Positions 7,975 through 15,013 of a DNA stretch of 20,505 nt are shown here, one piece after another. Position 1 is the first letter of the stretch. Every line of letters begins with the position of its first letter. The notes beneath the pieces were generated by a model. The model was given only the letters and a program-made list of their open reading frames with translations. It did not search any database and was not told where the DNA came from. The translations under genes and the position numbers were made by a program. Origin of the DNA: an uncultured bacterium (lineage in GTDB: Bacteria; Lernaellota; Lernaellaia; Lernaellales; Lernaellaceae); assembly GCA_964534375.1 (NCBI GenBank), contig CAZHPN010000001.1:1-20505 (forward strand), read 5' to 3'.

Positions 7975-9608
7975 TACAAGTTCGCTTTCAGCCAATCGCC
8001 GACATAGGCGACAAACGCCGGGTCGACTTTCGCACTCGGGTCGGCGTACTCGCCGATCGTCCCCTTCGACGGTTTGAAGAAATGGTTGAGGCTGTCGAAC
8101 ACCTTGAAGGTGTAGCGTTTCTCGGCGCCGAGCGCCTTGCGGAAGCCGTCGGCGAAGTGCGGGAAGACCTGCAAATCCTTGGCCGGCTGCACATGCAGGA
8201 TATTCGCCGTGCTTTTCTGCAGGTCGTCGACCGGATGCATCGCGAACCACTCGCGGTAATAGTCGAGGTGAATGAGCCGCCCGGCGACGAGGAAAGTTTT
8301 CTGGTCCGGTTTGTCGCGGGCCATGCGCATCAGGTTCGCCACCGCCGAGGTCGTCCAGTCGTTCGGATCGCCGCCGTCGAGCGTCAGTCGATGCTTCGTC
8401 TGTTCCTCGGCCAATCGCGAAAACGGCGCATCGCACGGCGCGAGCAGCACCAGCGCCTTGATGTCGTGGCGCGCGGCGGCCGTCATGATCGCGACGTTGG
8501 CGCCTTCGCCTTGGCCGGCGATCGCGATCCGGTTCGCGTCGATGTCCGGCCGCGTTTTGAGATAGTCGAGCAAGGCCTCGGCGTCTTTTTCACGCACCGA
8601 CAGCGTCGTTTGCGTAATGTCGCCTTCGCTGCCGCGCACGCCGCGCGCGTCGACCCGCAGCACGGCGAAACCGCTGTGGCTGATCGGGTCGAGCATCTCG
8701 GCCGTGCCGATGTTGACGTTGAGAGCGAGGGACATGCCGTCGCGGTCGATCTTGCCCCCGTCGCCGAGGAAGATCACGGCCGGCAGCCGGCCAGGCAGGC
8801 CGCGGGGCTTGGTGAGCACGCCGGCCAGTTTTGGATCGGCGGCGATTTCGACCTGTTCGTAGATCAAGTCGCTGTTGACGGTGGAGACGGGGTTGATTTC
8901 GGAGGCGCGTTCGCCGTCGTATTTCATGCGCACGACGGAATAGCCCTGCATCGGCGAATCGATTTTGATGATCTGGCCCTTCGTGTCCGCCCAGATAATC
9001 ATGCCGATGTCGTGGCGATTCAGGAAATACTTGTGCGCCATGAACCAGCCGTTTTCCAGGGCGACCGGTTCGCGGCCGATATGCCGCAGCGTCACATCGT
9101 CGACCAGGCGCAATTCGGACGGAATGACGATCGTAAAGCTCTGTTCTCCACCGATGCGGTGCGAATAACGGTGAATCAGCAGATGCAGATGATGCCAAAC
9201 GCCGACGTCGACCACCACGGTCGAGGGCGAAATGTTGAGGTAGGTGTCCTTCTTTTGCGGCCCCTGGTGGTTTTCGATGTGCAAAACGCCGTTTTCATTG
9301 GTTGCGCCCAGCGCCCGGGGCAAGCGGTCGAGCACCGCTTCGCGTTGGTAGGTGTGGATCGGTCCGCTGAGCGTGCGCAGGATCAGGCGCGTAAAGTCCC
9401 GCGTTTCGGCGTTCCCCTGCTTCAGTGCGCCTTGCGATTCCGACGTGACCTGGCCGTCGTTCTCGAAATTGATGCTGAATTTCTCCGCGCCGGCGACCTT
9501 GCCGTCGGCATAGATCTGGAAGGTGCCGCTGATTTCTTCGCCGTGCGCGACGGCCGCCGCCAACAGCAGCGCCGCCAGCAGGCCCAGCGCCGCCAATTTT
9601 TTGCTCAT
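7974..9608 (-). CDS. Exported alpha/beta-hydrolase-fold protein with N-terminal beta-rich domain; nucleophile Ser absent; 544 aa
   Basis: GAGGAG RBS before ATG 9608. Signal peptide 'MSKKLAALGLLAALLLAAAVAHG'. Hydrolase motifs 'GFAVLRVDARGVRGS', elbow 'IAGQGEGA', 'KDLQV', 'LNHFF'. Confidence 0.85.
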   Translation of the reverse strand: MSKKLAALGLLAALLLAAAVAHGEEISGTFQIYADGKVAGAEKFSINFENDGQVTSESQGALKQGNAETRDFTRLILRTLSGPIHTYQREAVLDRLPRALGATNENGVLHIENHQGPQKKDTYLNISPSTVVVDVGVWHHLHLLIHRYSHRIGGEQSFTIVIPSELRLVDDVTLRHIGREPVALENGWFMAHKYFLNRHDIGMIIWADTKGQIIKIDSPMQGYSVVRMKYDGERASEINPVSTVNSDLIYEQVEIAADPKLAGVLTKPRGLPGRLPAVIFLGDGGKIDRDGMSLALNVNIGTAEMLDPISHSGFAVLRVDARGVRGSEGDITQTTLSVREKDAEALLDYLKTRPDIDANRIAIAGQGEGANVAIMTAAARHDIKALVLLAPCDAPFSRLAEEQTKHRLTLDGGDPNDWTTSAVANLMRMARDKPDQKTFLVAGRLIHLDYYREWFAMHPVDDLQKSTANILHVQPAKDLQVFPHFADGFRKALGAEKRYTFKVFDSLNHFFKPSKGTIGEYADPSAKVDPAFVAYVGDWLKANL

Positions 9609-9801
9609 GTTTTGCTCCTCGGTCCCCGACCGGAGTGGGGTTGTAGCAAAATTACGGCCGTTTGGCCACCGAGAAACTCGGCGGCGCCGGCAGCCTGGGC
9701 TAGCAGGCGAGCCCGAACCAGCGAAAGCGATGCGACAGGTCCTATAGAGACTGCTGGCGATTTTCTCGGATGGATCGATTCTTGCCGATGCATCCCCGCA
9801 C

Positions 9802-9880
9802 AATGGCGAATGGCGAATGGCGAATGCAGAATTGCCGCCGCCGCGCGAAATTCGCCGTTCGCCATTCTCCATTCAACATT
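9802..9880. repeat. Inverted pair of heptamer arrays forming a 32-bp imperfect hairpin
   Basis: Left arm (AATGGCG)3-AATGCAG-AATT at 9802-9833. Right arm 9849-9880 is its reverse complement at 26/32 positions. 15-nt loop. Confidence 0.85.
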
Positions 9881-10010
9881 CCGGTTTGCGCCGCCAATAA
9901 CTTTATGTTCGCGGCTAGCGGTGGTCGGCGGGCGGCGGCGTAATTCATCGATAGTCTCGGCAGGCCCCAGCCCGCTCTGGCCGCAGGCGAGCGCTTCATG
10001 CGCTGCCGCA

Positions 10011-10512
10011 GCGTGCAGGTCAAATTTTTGATTAACTGCTATTGGCGGTCATTTTATCTCGTCTTCGTTCCCAGAAGTCTTCGTGGGGCCCGCTCAGGAG
10101 ACAGCAACGCAAAGCGATGATGGCATTCCCGTTCGTCCCGGGCGATTTCGGCGCCCAGCGCCTCGGCGGTGCGCTCAACCTGCTTTGCGTCGAAGCGCAG
10201 GCCGGCCAAGTCGCCCAGCAGGGCGCTGCTTTCCAGGAAACTGGCCACCGCCGCCGTTCGGCCGATCATCCGCGTGACGGCCGGGGACAGCGAACCGCCG
10301 GCCAGTCCCACGTGGTCGCGGGGGAAAAAGCCGGCGCCGCAGGCGGGGCAGTGACAATAGGCCCGGCGCAACGTCACGTCCCCGAGGGCCGTCAAAAAGG
10401 TTTTCGCCAACCGCCCCGCAAACCGCGCCGGGGCGTGTCAGGTCGGGCAGGCGAACACCGGCCCTGGCTCGTCGCTCCGGTCGGCGTTGTCTCAAGATCC
10501 TGACCTGCACGC
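10011..10512 (-). mobile_element. Internally deleted, non-autonomous ISKra4-family (IS256-related) element with intact terminal inverted repeats
   Basis: TIRs GCGTGCAGGTCA (10011-10022) and TGACCTGCACGC (10501-10512) enclose transposase fragments. No clear target duplication. Confidence 0.82.
10032..10491 (-). pseudogene. ISKra4-type transposase remnant
   Basis: 'NADRSDEPGPVFACPT*HAPARFAGRLAKTFLTALGDVTLRRAYCHCPACGAGFFPRD...KQVERTAEALGAEIARDER' (TGA at 10440-10438) is joined out of frame near 10128 to the C-terminal 'NAIIALRCCLLSGPHEDFWERR'. The DDE core is missing. Confidence 0.82.
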
Positions 10513-10528
10513 TCTTCTGACTACTCGC

Positions 10529-11521
10529 CTAAAACCCCATCCACATGTACATCAGCTTGGGCTGCGTCATTTCCATCAGCATGTCGTAGCTGAGCGGAAA
10601 GGTCTCGACGTTGATCTGCGGCGCGTCGGCGCGAGTGGCGCTGTAAATATTCTGTTCGGCGCGCCGGCTGGTCGAGTACAGGATCACGCCGGCGTCGCGG
10701 ACCTTGGCCAGCCGTTTGGCTTCTTCGATCGCGTCGTCGAGGTCGCCGAGTTGATCGACCAAGCCGGCCTGCTTCGCATCCACCGCGGACAGCACGCGGC
10801 CGTCGGCGAGCTTCAGGATTTCGTCGCGCTTCAGCTTGGGCCGACCTTCGGCGACGACGTCGACGAACCGCTGGTAGGCCTCGTCGACGATCTTTTGGAA
10901 AATCGCCCGCTGCTCGTCGGTCATCGGGGCGAACGGGTTGCCCGCGTCCTTCATCTGGCCGGCTTTGATCACGCGGCTTTCCATGCCGATTTTCTGAAAG
11001 AGTCCGTTGAAGCCGAACTCGTGCATGATGACGCCGATGCTGCCGGTGATCGTCGTCGGGTGGGCGACGATCGAATCGGCCGCGCACGAGACGTAGTATC
11101 CGCCCGACGCGGCGACGCCCATGAACGCGGCGACGACCGGGATCTTGGTCTTTTCTTTGAAGCGTTTGATCTCGCGGTAGACGATGTCCGAGCCGGTCAC
11201 GGTGCCGCCTGGCGAATTCACGCGCAGCAGCAGCGCCTTGATGCGATGGTCCTGCTCGGCCTTTTCGAGCTTGCGGCGCACTTCAGTCGTGGTCGCGTCT
11301 TTCTTGAAGAACAGCCGCTGGCTTTCCCACTCGACGATCGGGCCTTCGATGTCGAGCAGAAGAATGCGGGCGTCTGTCTTCTCGTCCGCCGGTGCGCGGA
11401 CCAGCCGCGTCGACAGCCGCTCGTCGTCTTCGGGGAACAAACTCAGGTTGTTGTGAGAAAAACAGCCCAACAATAACAGGCCCATTGCCGCGACGGCAAT
11501 CAACAGCCGAGTGCTGCGCAT
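10529..11521 (-). CDS. sppA: Signal peptide peptidase SppA (short 36K type, peptidase S49), probable lipoprotein
   Basis: 'LLRVNSPGGTV', 'VAASGGYYVS', 'TGSIGV', 'KAGQMKD', 'DGRVLSA..AKQAGLVDQLG'; lipobox-like 'LLLGC'. Confidence 0.93.
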   Translation of the reverse strand: MRSTRLLIAVAAMGLLLLGCFSHNNLSLFPEDDERLSTRLVRAPADEKTDARILLLDIEGPIVEWESQRLFFKKDATTTEVRRKLEKAEQDHRIKALLLRVNSPGGTVTGSDIVYREIKRFKEKTKIPVVAAFMGVAASGGYYVSCAADSIVAHPTTITGSIGVIMHEFGFNGLFQKIGMESRVIKAGQMKDAGNPFAPMTDEQRAIFQKIVDEAYQRFVDVVAEGRPKLKRDEILKLADGRVLSAVDAKQAGLVDQLGDLDDAIEEAKRLAKVRDAGVILYSTSRRAEQNIYSATRADAPQINVETFPLSYDMLMEMTQPKLMYMWMGF

Positions 11522-11736
11522 GAACCGCGCCTCCTTGGTTCTGACCGTGCGGCGGAAATCTTCGGCGCGCGGGGCAAAGAAATCAAGCCGGCGGCGGTTC
11601 GACTGCCGGGCGGCGCGCCGTTTTCGACCGTTCGCGGCGAATGCCGATTTCGTTTGCCGCCGTCCGACGCGGCCAAAAATTGAGTGTTATTGTTTACCGT
11701 GATCTGTGAATGTTGAGAAAAAAAAGGGGGAACCGC

Positions 11737-12261
11737 ATGTATTTTCTCGCACAGCACGCCCCGCACACCGTCCCGCACGCGTATCCGCACGCCGCTCCCT
11801 ACGCGGCGCCGTCGGTCAGCACCGGCGGCATGATCGCCAGCATGCTTGGCAGTTGCGTCTTCAGCTTGATCGTGCTGGCGATCACCGTCGTGGCTCTCGT
11901 CGGTCTTTGGAAAGTTTTCGTCAAAGCGGGGCAACCCGGTTGGGCGGCGATCATCCCGATTTACAACATTGTGATCCTGCTGCAAATCATCGGTCGACCA
12001 ATTTGGTGGCTGATTCCGTTTTTCCTTCCGATCATCACTTCCATTCTGGCGGTCATCGGCCTGCCGCCATCGGTGTTGCTGCCCATCAATGTGCTTCTCT
12101 GCGTTCCGTCGTTTGTCTTTTGGATCATGGTGTGCCTTCGCCTCGCGCGGGTCTTTGACCAATCCAGCGGCTTTGGCATCGGGTTGCTCTTCCTGCCGTT
12201 CATCTTTCTGCCGCTGCTCGGCTTCGGCGACGCCGAGTACTTGGGGGCCGACGTCGCGTAA
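11737..12261 (+). CDS. DUF5684-like integral membrane protein
   Basis: 'WKVFVKAGQPGWAAIIPIYN' and C-terminal 'FGIGLLFLPFIFLPLLGFGDAEY'; several hydrophobic helices; purine-rich RBS before ATG 11737. Confidence 0.8.
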   Translation: MYFLAQHAPHTVPHAYPHAAPYAAPSVSTGGMIASMLGSCVFSLIVLAITVVALVGLWKVFVKAGQPGWAAIIPIYNIVILLQIIGRPIWWLIPFFLPIITSILAVIGLPPSVLLPINVLLCVPSFVFWIMVCLRLARVFDQSSGFGIGLLFLPFIFLPLLGFGDAEYLGADVA

Positions 12262-12287
12262 CTGCGGCAAACCGCTTCGCTTTTCGC

Positions 12288-12323
12288 AGCCCGCCGCCCA
12301 TCAAAGGCGCGGCGGGCTTTTTT
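12288..12323 (+). terminator. Rho-independent terminator
   Basis: AGCCCGCCGC (12288-12297) pairs with GCGGCGGGCT (12309-12318), followed by a T-run, just after the stop at 12261. Confidence 0.8.
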
Positions 12324-12399
12324 GCGGGCGAGCCGCGGCGCCTGCTTGCGTGCCGCCCAAGCGGGACGGTACGATAGGGCCCGGAGAGAGGGGCGGGTT

Positions 12400-13014
12400 A
12401 TGTTCGACAGACAGTTGGCGAAATGGCATCTCGAACAGCAGGGATGCCTCGCCGCGATCGATGTGCACCTCGGCGACCTCGGGTCGATCGACGTCCTGGG
12501 CGTCAAGATCGGCAAGGCCGGCGGCGAGACCGCGACCTTCGGCGTCGTGCGCGGCTGGTGGCACGCCGGGGCGGCGCTGACGCCCAGCCTGCTGCGCAGC
12601 CACTTGCAAACCGACCGCAAGCTGCTCGACCGCGCCTTCGCCCCCGAGCGCCTGGTCCGGGCCGCCGCGCAATTCGGCCTCGCGATCCAGCCCGAGAAAG
12701 TGCTGTTCTACTCGAAACGCAGCCGCTCCGCCGCCGAGGCCGCCGAACGCGAACTCGCGGCGTCGGGCATTCGCGTGGTTTATCTCGAGGACATCCTCGC
12801 CGACGCGCTGGTCCAGGTGAAGTACAACGAGAAAATCCAGGGCACGGTGCTGCAGGCCCTGGCGATGGTGAAGACGTCGAGCATCTTCAAGGAAATGGCG
12901 CGCCGGGCGCGTTGCGCCGGCCGCGAAGGCGCCGGCAAGACGCCGAAAAAGGCCGCCCCGGCCGACCGTCAACTCGATCTGCTGCTCTCGTTCGGCGCGG
13001 ACGAGGACGAATGA
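12400..13014 (+). CDS. Hypothetical protein, possible degenerate restriction-endonuclease-like (PD-(D/E)XK) fold, 204 aa
   Basis: ATG 12400 after GAGAGGGG; host-like codon usage; pattern helix-'EQQG', 'IDVLGV', 'GVVRGW', 'KVLFYS', 'GIRVVYLEDIL'. Confidence 0.65.
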   Translation: MFDRQLAKWHLEQQGCLAAIDVHLGDLGSIDVLGVKIGKAGGETATFGVVRGWWHAGAALTPSLLRSHLQTDRKLLDRAFAPERLVRAAAQFGLAIQPEKVLFYSKRSRSAAEAAERELAASGIRVVYLEDILADALVQVKYNEKIQGTVLQALAMVKTSSIFKEMARRARCAGREGAGKTPKKAAPADRQLDLLLSFGADEDE

Positions 13015-13015
13015 G

Positions 13016-13414
13016 ATGGCGCTGATGCCCCGCAACGTTCCCCTGGCCGTCGCCTGGCGCCTGCTGCTGCTGGCCGCCGCCGTGTCGGCGATTCTGGCGA
13101 TCGGCATCCACGAATACGGCTGGCAGCCCGTGGGCGCGAAGAAGATGCCGGTCAACCAAAAAGACCCGGTCGAATTGCTTATTCGTCAGGAAATGCACGA
13201 CGACTCGCCGTGGGCCGAACCGGCCGAACCGCCCGAACCCGTCGCCGCGTCGCCGGCCGCCGCGCCGACGCCGCCCCCCGCCGCCACGCCGACCCCGGCG
13301 CCGAAGCCGGCGGACAGCAAAGCGACGGTCAAGGCCAAGCCCGCGATGGACGAGAATTCCTTGGAAGATTTCCTGAAAACGCAGGAAACAGCGCCAAAGA
13401 AGAAGAAAAAATAA
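13016..13414 (+). CDS. Hypothetical membrane-anchored or secreted Pro/Ala-rich protein
   Basis: Starts 1 nt after the upstream stop. N-terminal hydrophobic segment, Pro/Ala-rich linker, Lys-rich tail. Confidence 0.65.
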   Translation: MALMPRNVPLAVAWRLLLLAAAVSAILAIGIHEYGWQPVGAKKMPVNQKDPVELLIRQEMHDDSPWAEPAEPPEPVAASPAAAPTPPPAATPTPAPKPADSKATVKAKPAMDENSLEDFLKTQETAPKKKKK

Positions 13415-13442
13415 CGGCTGACGACGAACGCGGGGCGGGCCC

Positions 13443-13463
13443 GATGCGGGATGCGGAATGCGG
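13443..13463. repeat. Short heptamer array (RATGCGG) x3
   Basis: GATGCGG GATGCGG AATGCGG; same family as 5728-5804. Confidence 0.6.
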
Positions 13464-13547
13464 CAGGGGACCGGGGCGCGACGCCATAAGCGCTAACGTG
13501 AGCGTTACGAACCTTCAACGTGGGCGAATATTTATCTTTTTCCTTGA

Positions 13548-13657
13548 CGCGCAGACCTCTCCCTCGGCCACGCTCAGCGTGGCCGCGCCCCTCCCGGACG
13601 CAGGGAGGGGCAGGTCGATCACGCAACCGCGCGAACGACCGGGGAGAGGTCTGTGCG
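13548..13657. other. Four-way-junction (cloverleaf) structured element; candidate ncRNA or MITE-like repeat
   Basis: 17-bp closing stem 13548-13564/13641-13657 encloses three hairpins (13565-13585, 13587-13611, 13613-13640) with 0-1 nt linkers. Confidence 0.6.
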
Positions 13658-13772
13658 AAAAAACCATTCAGGGCGAATCATTTCGAAGCTTCGCGCCGCA
13701 TAAGTTGGCGCGCATGGGGCGCGGCGCCGAGCTACGCCAGGCCGGCGCATTGTCCGGCGCGAGGCGGCGCCC

Positions 13773-14234
13773 ATGACGATGGCTTTGCGCCCCGCGACGC
13801 CGGCCGACGCGCCCGCCTGTGCGGAGTTGGATCAACTCTGTTTTCCGCCGAACATCGCGTACGATCGCGAGACCTTCGCCGAGATTTTCGCGCAGGCGAA
13901 GGTGATTCTGATCGCCGAGGACGACGGCCGCATGATTGGTTTCGTGGCCGCCGAAATCGGCGCCGACGAACCGACAGCGCTGATCATCACCCTCGACGTC
14001 GATCCGGCGCGGCGGCGGCAGGGCGTCGGCTCGCAACTGCTCGCCGCAGCGCACGCGCGTTTGGTCGAACTGGGCGCGCAGACGGCGTATCTGCACGTCG
14101 CGGTGCGCAGCGTCGACGCGCAACGGTTGTATCGCCGGCACGGGTACTCGACGGTCGGCCGTTTGCGTGATTACTATGGGCCGCGCGACGACGCGTTCGT
14201 CATGGCCCGCGCGCTCGTCGAGAGGGACGATTGA
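13773..14234 (+). CDS. GNAT family N-acetyltransferase (RimI-like)
   Basis: 'ITLDVDPARRRQGVGSQLL', 'LHVAVRSVDAQRLYRRHGY', 'DYYG..DDAFVM'. Confidence 0.9.
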   Translation: MTMALRPATPADAPACAELDQLCFPPNIAYDRETFAEIFAQAKVILIAEDDGRMIGFVAAEIGADEPTALIITLDVDPARRRQGVGSQLLAAAHARLVELGAQTAYLHVAVRSVDAQRLYRRHGYSTVGRLRDYYGPRDDAFVMARALVERDD

Positions 14235-14962
14235 TGCGCATTGTTATTTTTGGCGATGTCCACGCGAATTTCGACGCGCTCGAAGCGATTTTGCGCGATG
14301 TCGCGCCGCTGAAGGTCGACCGCTTCGTCTGCCTCGGCGACGTGGTCGGTTATCACGCGCAACCGCAGGAATGCGCCGACAAGATTCGCGAGCTCGACTG
14401 CTTGTGCGTGCAAGGCAACCACGACGCGGCCGCCAGCGGCGCGGAGGAGCCCGGCGACTTCAACGACGTGGCCGCGCAAGCGATCTACTGGACCCGCGAG
14501 CGGTTGCGGCCCGAGACGCGCGACTGGCTGGCGAATCTGCCGCGGCAGGCGACGATCACCAAAGAAATTTGGGCGGTGCACGGGTCGTTGCGCGACCGCG
14601 ACGAGTACCTGCTGAGCCAGCCGGCGATCCGCGCCAATTTCCATTTCATGACGCGGCTGCAGGCGCCGCAGACCGTGTTGTTCGGACACACGCACCGGCG
14701 CGCGATCTACGTCGCCGACCAGGGCCGCGTCTATTCGCTCGACGAACCCAGCCTCGTGCTCGAGAAGAATCAGTTGGTGATGTTCAATCCCGGCGGCGCC
14801 GGCCAGCCGCGCGACCGCGTGCCCGGGGCGCCCTACGCGATTCTCGAAGACGGAGTGGTTCACTTTCGCCGCGCGGCGTACGATGTGGAAGCCGCGGCGA
14901 CGAAGACGCTGGCGCTGCCTTTCGGCGAACTGCTGGCCGAACGCCTGCGGCGCGGCACGTAA
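14234..14962 (+). CDS. Metallophosphoesterase family protein (calcineurin-like, YfcE/COG0639 type)
   Basis: 'GDVHAN', 'LGDVVGY', 'GNHD', 'VHGS', 'GHTH', 'NPGGAGQPRD'. TGATG overlap with the GNAT stop. Confidence 0.93.
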   Translation: MRIVIFGDVHANFDALEAILRDVAPLKVDRFVCLGDVVGYHAQPQECADKIRELDCLCVQGNHDAAASGAEEPGDFNDVAAQAIYWTRERLRPETRDWLANLPRQATITKEIWAVHGSLRDRDEYLLSQPAIRANFHFMTRLQAPQTVLFGHTHRRAIYVADQGRVYSLDEPSLVLEKNQLVMFNPGGAGQPRDRVPGAPYAILEDGVVHFRRAAYDVEAAATKTLALPFGELLAERLRRGT

Positions 14963-15013
14963 CGTGTGACAAAAGCTTCATGAACCGAAAGCGGAATTGC
15001 GAGTGACCCGCGA

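Noticed and set aside
9699..9758. Possible tiny MITE or riboswitch (GCTAGCAG...CTGCTGGC)
   Set aside because: Only an 8-bp imperfect inverted repeat, and no riboswitch consensus I recognise. Too weak without a copy-number search.
6289..10031. Long plus-strand ORFs (572 aa and 649 aa)
   Set aside because: Antisense shadows of the kinase and hydrolase genes.
13548..13657. tRNA or terminator interpretation of the cloverleaf
   Set aside because: Stem lengths and loops do not fit a tRNA, and no U-tract follows the stem on either strand. Kept as an unexplained structured element instead.
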